From assembly GCF_006345805.1 (NCBI RefSeq), contig NW_021833446.1:1-64000 (forward strand): a DNA stretch of 64,000 bases, given 5' to 3'. This document shows positions 13,679 to 25,790 of this stretch, one piece after another. The position numbers and the translations under genes are program-made. The number at the start of each line of letters is the position of its first letter. Position 1 is the stretch's first letter. This DNA comes from Octopus sinensis. Its lineage: Eukaryota. The notes under the pieces are model-generated. The model was not told the DNA's origin. It made no database searches and saw only the letters and a list, made by a program, of their open reading frames with translations.

Positions 13679-14991
13679 GATGGTCAGGCGATCCATTTGC
13701 TGTCAACACCCGTTAAAAGGAGGACTGGGTATGCCGTGGTTGATGATGCGCAGACATGCGCTGAGACTGCGACATCTCAGGCTCTTCGTAGACGACGGTG
13801 AATAGGTGTGGTCGCCGTTTGTGAGGCACGCTTTCCCGCAGCTTGTCTCTATGACCGAACTGCAGTCGTGGATCAAAAAGAGGCCGAGGAAGGGCGATTG
13901 GCACCGCGTGTGTCGCGTTGCTCTCAAGCAACTCCGCCGTCCTGGGTCGACCTTGAGTGACTCCATCACAACCAAAGCATTCTATAGGGGATTAGTGGAG
14001 GGGAGGTACGACGACGAGCTCGAGGCGAACCTGGACGTCGACGAGGAATACCTGACCCGCCTGTTCGGGACGACTTTCGGGCCAGGGCCCATGGACAACT
14101 TCCAGAGATCCCTGGCCTGGCAGTGCTACCGAGAAGCGCTACCCGTTCGGGATAAGCTCTACAGACACGGCTCGAGAAACACGGGGCCGACCTGCCCGAG
14201 ATGCGGTCAGAGCGACGAAACCGTTCTGCACGCACTCGTGCAGTGTCCAACAATTTCCGACCTGTGGGCTTATGTCGAACAACTGCTGTCACGCGTGGGA
14301 CGAGTCGGTTTATCAGCTGAGTCTATCGTCAATATTGTCACGCCTCCTTCCTTCAAACGGGAAGGAAGAGCTATTTTCATCATCCTTGTGGCTATGGCGA
14401 AAGAATGTATCTGGTGGACGCGTCTGAAAGGATTGGAGACAAACACTTTCCTCTCTGGTCAATCTCTCATCAACTTCTTCAAGTATCACTTGAAAAGGAA
14501 AGTGAGAGTAGAGAGGCAAGTTTTGTCTAGTGAATGTTTTAAAAAAAAATTGGGTGAATGTAGCAAGAATGGCACGTATGAATGACGAAGCCACCTTGAG
14601 CATAATCCTATGAACCCAGAAATTGAAAACAGAGGGTTACCCACTTGCAAACAAATGTGGTAACATATAACAATATTGACCGAGGTTACCGTGGTCTTTT
14701 TCGTAGGCTTTTCTTCCCACAGATAAAACTTATCTGCTTCCCCCTTTACACCATATATCATAACACTGTGATACACGATCCCTATTGATCGTTTTTTTCC
14801 TCTTCCCCCTTTTTCCTCTTTTTTTCTTCTTTTTTCTTTTCTTTTGTTTCTTTTCCTTTTTTCTCTTTTTTTCTTTTTTCCCTTTTGATCGTAAACCTAC
14901 GCCACTTTCTTTTTTTTTATCCCCCAAAAGAAAAGCTCTACCTTGTAATTTGTCCCATTTGTGTTCAGCCCTGTGTGGCCAATAAAGAAAC

Positions 14992-14992
<1 letters not shown>
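13679..14992 (+). mobile_element. Tx1-group LINE copy 1, 5'-truncated
   Basis: Homologous to the long copy from 39180 onward. Encodes the CCHC knuckle CPRCGQSDETVLHALVQC; extra A-run frameshift near 14525; AATAAA at 14981-14986 then (TATC)n. Confidence 0.95.
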
Positions 14993-15081
<89 letters not shown>

Positions 15082-15100
15082 CTATCTATCAATCTATCTA

Positions 15101-16345
15101 AGCAAGCCCATGCCGTCCACCAGCGCCTCCGTCGTGGGACGCTGGACCGACGGCCCGGTTGAGTTGCTCGGGGTCTGGTTTGGTCCGGACCTCCAAGTGG
15201 AGAAGAACTGGAACGAGATAACGAGTAGGGTGGTCACTCTCGCCCGGCAATGGGCTGAGAGGAAACTGTCCCTAAAAGGTCGAGCGGAGGTGGCGAACAC
15301 GTACATCGCGTCCGTCATCTACTACCGCCTGACCGTCGTACCTTGTCCCGACCCTACCATCACCAAACTACAACGCATCCTCTTTCGCTTCTTGTGGAAA
15401 GGATGCGTCCCGATGGTGAGGCGATCCATTTGCTGTCAATACCCGTTAAAAGGAGGGCTGGGCATGCCGTGGTTGATGATGCGCAGACACGCGCTGAGAC
15501 TGCGACATCTCTGGCTCTATGTAGACGACGGTGAACAGGTGTGGTCGCCGTTTGTGAGGCACGCTTTCCCGCAGCTCGTCTCCATGACCGAACTGCAGTC
15601 GTGGATCAAAAAGAGGCCGAGGAAGGGCGATTGGCACCGCGAGTGTCGCGTTGCTCTCAAGCAACTCTGCCGTCCTGGGTCGACCTTGAGTGACTTCAAC
15701 ACAACCAAAGCATTCTATAGGGGATTAGTGGAGGGGAGGTACGACGACGAGCTCGGGGCGAACCTGGACGTCAACGAGGAGTACCTGACCCGACTGTTCA
15801 GGACGACTTTCGGGCCAGGGCCCATGGACAACTTCCAGAGATCCCTGGCCTGGCAGTGCTACCGAGAAGCGCTACCCGTTCGGGATAAGCTCTACAGACA
15901 CGACTCGAGAAACACGGGGCCGACCTGCCCGAGATGCGGTCAGAGCGACGAAACCGTTCTGCACGCACTCGTGCAGTGTCCAACAATTTCCGACCTGTGG
16001 GCTTATGTCGAACAACTGCTGTCACGTGTGGGACGAGTCGGTTTATCAGCTGAGTCTATCGTCAATATTGTCACGCCTCCTTCCTTCAAACGGGAAGGAA
16101 GAGCTATTTTCGTCATCCTTGTGGCTATGGCGAAAGAATGTATCTGGTGGACGCGTCTGAAAGGATTGGAGACAAACACTTTCCTCTCTGGTCAATCTCT
16201 CATCAACTTCTTCAAGTACCACTTGAAAAGGAAAGTGAGAGTAGAGAGGCAAGTTTTGTCTAGCGAATGTTTTAAAAAAAGATGGGTGAATGTAGCAAGG
16301 ATGGCACGTATGAATGACGAAGCCACCTTGAGCATAATCCTATGA
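15101..16345 (+). pseudogene. Tx1 ORF2 C-terminal 414 codons, uninterrupted (post-RT region plus CCHC zinc knuckle)
   Basis: Part of track ORF 14885..16345 from SKPMP onward; open to the native stop; lacks its start, APE and RT core. Confidence 0.9.
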
Positions 16346-16812
16346 ACCCAGAAATTGAAAACAGAGGGTTACCCACTTCCAAACAAATGTGGTAACATAT
16401 AACAATATTGACCAAGGTTACCGTGGTCTTTTTCGTAGGCTTTTCTTCCCACGGATAAACCTTACTTGCTTTCCCCTTTACACCATATATCATAACACTG
16501 TGATACACGATCCCTATTGATCGTTCTTTTTTTCCTCTTCCCCTTTTTTCCCCTTTTTTCTTCTTTTTTCATTTCTCTTTCCTTTTGTTCCTTTTCCTTT
16601 CCTTTTTTCCTTTTTATTCTTTTTATTTTATTGAATTTTTTATTTTTTTTGTTTTTGTTCTTTTCTTCCCTTTTACGATCCCTCTTGATCGAAAACCTAC
16701 GCAACCCCTTTTTTTTTCTTTTGTTTTTTGTTCTCTTCATCCCCCAAAAGAAAAGCTCTACCTTGTAACTTGTCCCATCTGTGTGCAGCCCTGTGTGGCC
16801 AATAAAGAAACT
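15101..16812 (+). mobile_element. Tx1-group LINE copy 2, 5'-truncated
   Basis: Starts agcaagccc after (TATC)n; AATAAA at 16801-16806, then (TATC)n to about 16980. Confidence 0.95.
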
Positions 16813-16885
16813 TATCTATCTGTCTATCTATCTATCTTTCAATCTATCTGTCTATCTATCTTTCTATCTTTCTGCCTATCTATCA

Positions 16886-16979
<94 letters not shown>

Positions 16980-17149
16980 ATTTGTTTGTTTGTATGTATG
17001 TTTGTGTTTGTGTATATGAATGTGTGTTTGTGTGTGCATATATGTATGTATGTATGTATATCTGTATTTATAAATATATGTATGTATACATATATCATAC
17101 AGACATTTTTATAGGAATTACAATCGGCGTTGTGAATAGTGTTCTGTAC

Positions 17150-17156
17150 ACACACA

Positions 17157-17208
<52 letters not shown>

Positions 17209-18195
17209 TATGTATTTATGGATATATATATATATATAGACATAGAGATATAAATATATATAGGTATGTAGGTATATATACATATATATATACACGCATC
17301 TTCGTACACACATATATATATATACACACATCTTATACACACACATATATACTCACACACATCTTCATACGCACATATACACACACACATCTTCATACAC
17401 ATACATATATATATATATACATACACATCTTCATACACACACATATATATACATACACATCTTCATACACACATAGACATACACACTCACATATATATAC
17501 ACATACATCTTCATACACACACCCACACATATATATATATAAATATACACACACATGTTCATGCACACACATATATACACACACACATCTTCATACACAC
17601 ACATATATATACACACACATATATATAAACACACATCTTCATATACACACATGTATATACACACACACATCTTCATACACACACATATATATACACACAT
17701 CTTCATACACACACATGTATATACACACACTCATCTTCATACACACACATATATATATACACACATCTTCATACACACACATATATATATATATACACAC
17801 ACATATATATACAGACACATATATATACAGACACATATATATACACACACATATATATACACACACATCTTCATACACACACATATATTTATACACACAC
17901 ATATATTTATACACACACATCTTCATATACACACATACACACACACACACATCTTCATATACGCACATATATATACACACACATCTTCATACACACACAT
18001 ATATATATACACACATCTTCATATATACACATATATATACACACACACATCTTCATACACACACATATATATACACACACATCTTCATACACACACATAT
18101 ATATATACATACACATCTTCATATACACATATATATATATACACACACACATATATATATATACACACACATCTTCATACACACACATATATATA
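17150..18195. repeat. Complex (CA)/(TA) satellite with recurring core CATCTTCATA
   Basis: About 20 copies of the core at irregular ~25-50 nt spacing (hand count). Confidence 0.85.
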
Positions 18196-18872
18196 TTTGT
18201 AATATCCTCTTCACCTTTGCAGTTAAGTTTTTGTTTGTTCATAAATGTCTCTCTGTCTATATATCTAGCTTATCTGTCTATATCAGCAGTTGCACAGATA
18301 AATGTTTCCAGGCAAGTTCACTCACACACACACACACCACACACACACACATTCTCACACACACTCACAGAAATCTCCAGACAAAGAAATGCCTTTAATC
18401 ACACTATTCCGCATACGTTTCTGAAGTCTAGTGAAACACATTTTTCTTGCTCCCCCTTTAACACGAGATTTTAAAATCCATTCTTGTTAAAGAGATGTAT
18501 ATTTACAATTATTGTCAGGCTAACTTCAGACTAGATACGAATAAACTGAAAAGAATCTATAGAAATATCACGAATACATTTTGGTCTTTATATTCTTTGT
18601 TCATTCTGATTTTCTTTCAATTTTTTTTTCTGTTGTTTCCATTAAACGAATCTTTTCCCCGTATCTCCGATGTATAATTTGAAGCACTTGTTACACAATA
18701 GCGTAAGCTGACATAATGAAATGTATATGGCGCTCTTTTAGCAAAGGTATTCTCTGTTTTTATATACACATTGGTACACACGCAGACACAGACACAAACA
18801 CACAAATACACAAACACAAATACAAATACAGGCACACAGACACACAATACACACACACACGCATGCATGTAT

Positions 18873-19095
18873 ACTCTTTTACTCTTTTACTTGCTTCAGT
18901 CATTGGACTGTGGCCATGCTGGAGCACCGCCTTTAGTCGAACAAATCGACCCCAGGACTTATTCATTGTAAGCCTAGTACTTATTCTATCGGTCTCTTTT
19001 GCCGAAACGCTAAGTTATGGGGACGTAAACACAACAGCATCGGTTGTCAAGCGATGTTGGGGGACAAACACAGACACCCAATATATATATGTATA
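18873..19095 (-). mobile_element. SINE family A, 3' half
   Basis: ctcttttactcttttacttgcttcagtcattggactgtggccatgctggagcaccgcc is the reverse complement of the A tail. Confidence 0.85.
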
Positions 19096-19637
19096 TATAT
19101 TCTTTTTTTTTTTCCAGCTGTTGTAGGTCGTCGTTGACCGTTCTTGTTTAGTAATTATCACTGGCGTGCTCGCACATGTGAAATACAGGGCTTGCTCTTG
19201 ATCTGTAGCAGCGATGACACCAGCTGCAGGCAAGGCTGCTCGACGAAACAGAACAGTGACGCCTCTCATGTGCTTTTTTGCATGAGTATATACATGTGTG
19301 TGTGTATCTAGGTATGTAGTGGCTGTCACATTATTATCTTGTATGACCAGCTCTTGCGCTAACCTCCACTCCCTTCTTAAGATGTTGTGCCCTCCTGCTA
19401 CGCCGTTAAGGGTTCTTACGATGAAGAAGACATACTGGCCGTATGACTCGTCCAACACTTCACTTTCCAGACACCAACGGAACTTCGTCGTAGGACACAC
19501 CCTTACAGAATACTGGATAATGACTTGTCCCACCTACACAGCACATCCTGTGTGCCTGAAGCGTAGGGAAAGACGAATTCACACACACATCCAAACACCA
19601 CGCATATATGTATGTGTATATGTATGTGTGTATGTGT

Positions 19638-19691
<54 letters not shown>

Positions 19692-19748
19692 GTTTAGTTT
19701 TAAGGGCCCAAATAGGAAAAATATTAATACCGGAAGTAGAATTTGTTC

Positions 19749-19783
<35 letters not shown>

Positions 19784-20214
19784 ATATATGCATGTATATT
19801 CTGTATAGATTCTTTAAATATATATTCGATTCGAGAAAGAATCTCTAATAGACGTATAGCGTTAAAAAACACATCAGACGATAATCGTCCAACAGAAGTC
19901 GGTGCCATTGCTCAACCCGAATTTCTGTTGACTGAGCTTCATCAGTAGGAGGTATCTATCCACTGCCACCGTATGCAGAGCGAGAATCAGCTGCGAGGTG
20001 ATGCAGCTAAATAATGGTCGAAATGTCACTGATACCACATTTACCCGGCAGACTGAAAATTAAAAAATTCGTTATATATTTCAATTAATACGGCCTCCGT
20101 CGCTAATAATGTACGCGAACGTGTATAATGTGGAACTTTTTGAAAAAACGTAGTTTTAGGAAAAGTAGTGCTCTACAATGTAATTTTGTTCGAAGAAACG
20201 CAGAATTTATCGTG

Positions 20215-20420
20215 TTCTTTTGTACTCTAGGCACAAGGCCCGAAATTCTCGGGGAGGAGGCCAGTCGATTAGATCGACCCCAGTATGCAACTAGTATTTA
20301 ATTTATTGACTACGAAGAGATAAAAGACAAAGTCGACCTCGGCGGAATTTGAACTCAGAACGTAAAGACAGACGAAATCTCGCTAAGCGTTTCGTCCGGC
20401 GTGCTAACGTTTCTGCCAGC
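20215..20420 (-). mobile_element. SINE family B, tail type B1
   Basis: ctaggcacaaggcccgaaatt...gtcgacctcggcggaatttgaactcagaacgt...ctgccagc. Confidence 0.85.
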
Positions 20421-20471
20421 ATACAGAATTTGTAGTATTGTTTGATGAAAGATAAAAGTTCTTTAGCACTA

Positions 20472-20745
20472 CAATAATCCCTCGCCATATCATGGTTCAC
20501 TTATCGCGTTTCCCCTATCGCGGTTTATTATTTAAGCTTACGTCGATTCCTCCGTGGTGTGGTTTTGCATTTATAATAAAATTAATATATACAAATTGTA
20601 AAAATAATAAAAAATATATACTGGCATGACCGCAGCTATATGGCTGAAACGAGTAAAAGAGTAGAGTACTGCTTCTACTTCGCGGATTTTCACCTATCGC
20701 GGTGGGTTTTGGAATGTAACAGTCATGATAGTCGTGGGATTACTA
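20472..20745. mobile_element. Tc1/mariner-pogo type MITE containing a SINE tail fragment (about 20620-20665)
   Basis: Imperfect TIRs caataatccctcg / cgtgggattacta flanked by TA; internal tatcgcg repeats. Confidence 0.7.
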
Positions 20746-20973
20746 TATTTGAAGAACTTAGTATTCTACGCTTTTCTTTCATGAAATTTGGCGCTAAACA
20801 CCAGCAGGGGATCTCAACACCATTTCTTGCCTATGAATCCCTTTCGTTCCTATTTTATTCTGTTGAACCGTCCTCGCCATTCGATGTTTAAGAAATCCAA
20901 TTATATTTTTATAATTAAATATTAGGAAACGCATAGAAAGAATTGTTGGAATATTTTGTGTATTATTGAAGTA

Positions 20974-21110
20974 CAGTAATCACTCGCCATATCGCGGTTC
21001 ACCTATCGCGCTCTCAGTACATCGCGGATTTTCCTGGTTAATATATATAAATTTATGTCACGAACTCCTCAGTATATCGCGGGTTTCTGCGGCCGATAGA
21101 TATTTATATT
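20974..21110. mobile_element. Second, partial copy of the same MITE family
   Basis: ta-cagtaatcactcgccatatcgcggttcacctatcgcg matches the 20472 terminus. Confidence 0.6.
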
Positions 21111-21889
21111 CTTTTAGATTTTAATTATTTCTGTGGTAAAATAAACATTTTTCACGCCTAAAAATTAATAAATTACTAAATGAAAATACAGTATAGTACT
21201 GCACGGTATAACACATTCCCAACAAAATCTTATAAGGATCCCTAACGATCATATGGACCTCCAAAGTCCATATGGACCCCAGTTGAAAAATACTGCTGCA
21301 TAAAGAAGAGTTGGTTGATGAAATGCAAAACTCTATGGAGTAAATTAGCGGAGTATAAATATATTTGATGATCACTGTACTGTTTATTGAGACTAATATT
21401 TCTAGGACTACCTGCTGTGTTGATAAAAGACTGGTTAGCTAATTCTGCCGCTTTCTACGCTGGAGTGAATGCGGCCGAACACGATGCTTTAAATATTTTC
21501 CAGCTGGACAGAGTTCTATATGCCAGCATTTCAATTTGGTTGTTTTTAATTTCCTTTCCATGATCCGTTTGCAGTATTTATTATTTGGATGTTGGAGATT
21601 CAATTTTGATGCCGGCACAATTAAAATTAATTCCTTGAATGCTGTTACTGCTGGGAGCTATTTCATGGAATCAACGAAATAATGCGCTGTGACAATTTTT
21701 GAATATTGCTTTTGTTGTTGTCTCTCTTTCTTTCTCTTCCTTTATATTTGCAATTTTCAGTTGCTTGCCTGTTGTCCCTTCTAATGGCTTTGAGCCGCCA
21801 AGGGATCCTCCACGAATTCGCTCGCCAAACCAGACACAGCAACCAAATCTTCCACAACTCATACACTACAGTCTTAAAGAAAGAAGAGA

Positions 21890-22180
21890 CACATTGGATA
21901 TCGTAGTCCTTGATAGTCATAAAAAGAAAGTAAATAGTCACGGAGAGAGCGCCTTTGATCATGGGCCTCTGTTCATTCAGGGTTTAGCTGGAGTTAAACA
22001 GAAACAATAAACTCGTCTCTCGGATTGGGGCTTCCCGCTGAGCCTCTCCATCCCTGCATCTATCGACGGAACTTCCTCAAACCCACTTCTCTCGTCTCAG
22101 GTGTGAGGCAGGCTTCTCTTATCTCTTCCATACTTTTTCATCTTTACTTTAAAACTCTACTCGCCGTAATTGATTATTTT
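21890..22180 (+). pseudogene. Highly degraded non-LTR RT relic
   Basis: SAFDH and SGVRQASLISSILFHLYFKTLL resemble the RT motifs KAFD and GVRQG.PLSP.LF. Confidence 0.35.
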
Positions 22181-22524
22181 CGCTGCCCACAATCTAACAC
22201 TGCACACGTGAAGTGTTCTGTAATTATAGTTACTCAGACTTACAACAGCTCACATTCTGAATTCAAGTCACACCGAGAACTAGTTCGTCGTTCATTCAAC
22301 GAGGGTTCGTTAGAATAGAGTACCAGTCACGTACTGGGGTCAATACAATTGGCTGTTCGCTTTTGCAGAATGTATGGTGCATTCTTTCTCATTTTAGTGG
22401 GACTGGAAAGAGACTCGGCTACTACTTCTAGCAGGCTGAGTAACTACGTAGGTGACTCTCGATTGGGGCTATGTTCATTTATTGTAACGTTGAAATTAGG
22501 AATAATAAAACATCAAGATTACGT

Positions 22525-23100
22525 AATATTGGTTTTAAATTTTTGGCACAAGGCTGACAAGTCCGGGTGAAGGAGTAAGTCGATTACATCGACCCCAGTG
22601 CTCAACTGGTACATATATTATAGACCCCCAGAAGATGAGAGGAAAAGTCAATGTCAGCGAAATTCGAACTCAGAACGTAAAGCCAGATGGAGTGCTGCTT
22701 AGCATTTTCTACTCTAGGCACAAGACCCGAAATTTTGGGGGAGGGGGGCAGTCGATTATATCGATCCCAGTACGCAAAAGGTACTTAATTTATTGACCAC
22801 GAAAGGATGAAAGGCAAACTTGACTTCGGCGGAATTTGAACTCAGAACGTAACAGCAGACGAAATACCTATTTCTTTATTACCCACAAGGGGCTAAACAT
22901 AGAAGGGACAAACAAGGACAGACATAGGTATTAAGTCGATTACATCGACCGCAATGCGTAACTGGTACTTAATTTATCGACCCCGAAAGGATGAAAGGTA
23001 AAGTCGACCTCGGCGGAATTTGAACTCACAACGTAACGGCAGACGAAATACCGTAAAGCATTTCGCCCGACGCGCTAACGATTCTGCCAGCTCGCCGCCT
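22525..23100 (-). mobile_element. Three tandem SINE family B units with tails B4, B1 and B2
   Basis: The B core repeats three times; the B2 tail (22870-22917) is homologous to the Tx1 3' end. Confidence 0.85.
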
Positions 23101-23545
23101 TTAGGCTACAGAATATGAAATTAACGAAAGCGTGAATTAAAGAATAGCATATTTTAAACTCTCATTTCAAAGATTTCAACATTGAATGAAATGGAATTAT
23201 ATTTCTGCAATTCTTTGATATTCTACATTAAGTAAATGTTTATTGTTGAGTGAAAGGAGCAATGACTCTGATCCTTTCAATGGGGCCTTCGCGTCTAGCG
23301 GGAGTGAAGGAAGAAATTATCTTCCGATAGGAGGTTTTGTTTGAATGGTACTTTCCGTTAGAGGCTACCTGGGGTCAGGAGGTGGCTCATATAAAGCGTG
23401 GAATCAAGGTAAGAGTATCAGCCAACAGCAGAAACAGTGTTACTCCAACGGACTTCCATACAATTCAGTACAGTAAGCTTCACTCACGAGGCTTTTATCA
23501 CAACATGGTGTGTATGGTAGAAGATACTAACCTAAACTCATACCT

Positions 23546-23905
23546 ATTTCTTTACTACCCACAAGGGGCTAAACACAGAGGGGACCAACAAGGACAGGCA
23601 AACGGTTTAAGTCGATTATATCGACCCCAGTGCGTAACTGGTACTTATTTTATTGACCACGAAAGGATAAAAGGCAAAATCGACCTCGGCGGAATTTGAA
23701 CTCAGAACGTAACAGCAGACGAAATACCTATTTCTTTATTACCCACAAGGGGCTAAACACAGAGGGGACAAACAAGGACAGACATAGGTATTAAGTCGAT
23801 TACATCGACCCCAGTGCGTAACTTTGAACTCAGAACGTAACAGCAGACGAAATACCGCTAAGCATTTCGCCCGGCGTCCTAACGTTTCGGCCAGCTCGCC
23901 GCCTT
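23546..23905 (-). mobile_element. Tandem dimer of SINE family B with B2 tails
   Basis: B2 tails at 23546-23593 and 23730-23777; single head ending near 23905. Confidence 0.85.
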
Positions 23906-25141
23906 CACTAACCTAAAGTCATACACCGTAGACAGGAACCAGAAACAGCTCAGATTGAAAGTGAAATACATAACTACGCGACAAAGACTTCACTGTAGAA
24001 TTCTTCCGTTTGGTTTTGCATACTTTAGCAGAGAATCATATCATTTCCGAGTCTCTTACAGCGAGCAGTAAACATGCATGAGATGAAAAAAAAAGATATT
24101 TCAATATATTGCTAATTTGATGAAGCCTTTCTCTTACTTGGTATCGATACAGAGTTAGCACGATATTAATAAAACGTGATGTTTTACAGAGAATTCTAAT
24201 TCAGTCTCGTAAAAAGTTCCAGAAAGTTACGACAGAGATAACAGCAAAATATGAATTGAGTAACGTCTCCACCCAAACTTTAAATTACATATTACTCTGT
24301 CATATTATTGTATGTGGCATTTCTACGTAGCATTGCTATGCGTTGTGTAGCGATGTAATTAAGAGAAATTAATTGAGAAACGATTAAGAGACTTCAATTA
24401 AAACTTGAAGCCTACAGTGATGCAGATATATATATATAATTCACACACACACACACACACACTCAAACACACACACACACATCTTATAGATATCATATAA
24501 AATCCTGTCTGTCTGTGTATGTGTCTTCTAGGATCTCGGGCATCCTCCATCCGATTGCGCTCAAATTTGATATGTAGATACCGACGGTATGAGGGCGAGT
24601 ATAAATCTTGTAAAAATTACAAAAATCGATTCCAGGTTGTATTCGGTACGATATGTTTATTTATTTTAGTAGTTTTGACTTTAAGAGTCCCTCCTAGTGT
24701 GTGGCATTTATGTGTAATAATGCCCTCTATATAATATAAATAAATATATTTAAGTGAAGAAATTGCCATCAATTTTTTCTGTTATGTGGTTTTTCACGCT
24801 AACTACTTGATAAATTCTTATGAAGATTCTATCTTATTTTTAAATTGTATATATATAATATATATATATATATATAATATATATATATATGTATGTATAC
24901 ACACACACACACACCACACACACATGTATGTATATATAATAAGAAAAAAGAAAACCCTTTGTTGCAGCGCACCTAATTATTGCTGTATATGAGCAAAATA
25001 TAACCTAAATCAAAGTGGAGGGTAGATTTTCGTCGGTCAAGTTCCTTTATCGTGGGAATACAAAATACATATAAAATTCATCGAAATATTAGGTTTCAAG
25101 CGTTCCATTATTACAATCCAAAGGAAAGCAGTAGTACAAAG

Positions 25142-25181
25142 CCTTACGATCGTTTCAGAGTTGCATTTCCCTCATCAGAGG
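25142..25181 (-). ncRNA. Minimal type I hammerhead (left arm)
   Basis: Minus strand: cct-CTGATGA-gggaaatgcaactct-GAAA-C-GATC-GTA-agg. Stem I cct/agg; stem II is weak. Confidence 0.65.
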
Positions 25182-25264
25182 TACAAAAAAATTCGATTAA
25201 AATAGTTTAAAAATATATTTTAAACTTTATCAAAATTTTAAACTATTTTAATTGACTTTTTGTA

Positions 25265-25335
25265 TCTCTGATGAGGAAATGCAACTATTTGTAAATTCTT
25301 CCAATACAAACGCATTCTCCGAAACGATCGTAAGG
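25265..25335 (+). ncRNA. Type I hammerhead (right arm) with extended stem II
   Basis: tct-CTGATGA-ggaaatgc...tttgta...tacaaa...gcattctcc-GAAA-C-GATC-GTA-agg; predicted cut after 25332. Confidence 0.75.
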
Positions 25336-25484
25336 ATTTGTACTACTGCTTTTCTTTGGATTGTAATATTAGAGCGCTTCAAACCTAATATTTCGATGAG
25401 TATTTTTATGTATTTTGTATTCCCAAGATAAAGGAATTTGACCGACGAAAATCAGCCATCCACTTTGTTTTATATATATATATG

Positions 25485-25790
25485 ACCACCACCGTGACCG
25501 ACCAGGCTATGGGATGTTGCTACACATCGCTGGTCACAATGCGCTTCGCATTGTTTTAGCCTTCAAAGGAGGCCACCCCGCTGGCTAAGCGAGCAGGCCA
25601 ACAGAAGAAAGAGTGAGAGAAAGTTGTGGCGAAAGAGTACAGCTGCGATCGCCACCACCCCTTGCCGGAGCCTCGTGGAGTTTTAGGTGTTTTCGCTCAA
25701 TAAACACTCACAACGCCCGGTCTGGGAATCGAAACCGCGATCCTACAACTGTGAGTCCGCTGCCCTGACCACTGGGCCATTGCGCCTCCT
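25485..25790 (-). mobile_element. SINE family D with tail type 2
   Basis: Same head and body as 1917-2230; tail shared with 34174-34400. Confidence 0.85.

Larger units (their letters stand above)
25011..25467. mobile_element. Fold-back element (about 200 nt imperfect arms) carrying divergent hammerheads; probable inverted PLE pseudo-LTR
   Basis: caaagtggagggtagattttcgtcggtcaagttcc... pairs with ...ggaatttgaccgacgaaaatcagccatccactttg along the whole arm; spacer at about 25214-25236. Confidence 0.8.

Noticed and set aside
14885-15100. N-terminal extension making a 486 aa ORF
   Set aside because: Chance read-through from the copy 1 UTR across (TATC)n into copy 2. The same applies to 35798-36262.
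19905-19945. Minus-strand CTGATGA with gctca/tgagc stem
   Set aside because: No GAAA or stem III follows.
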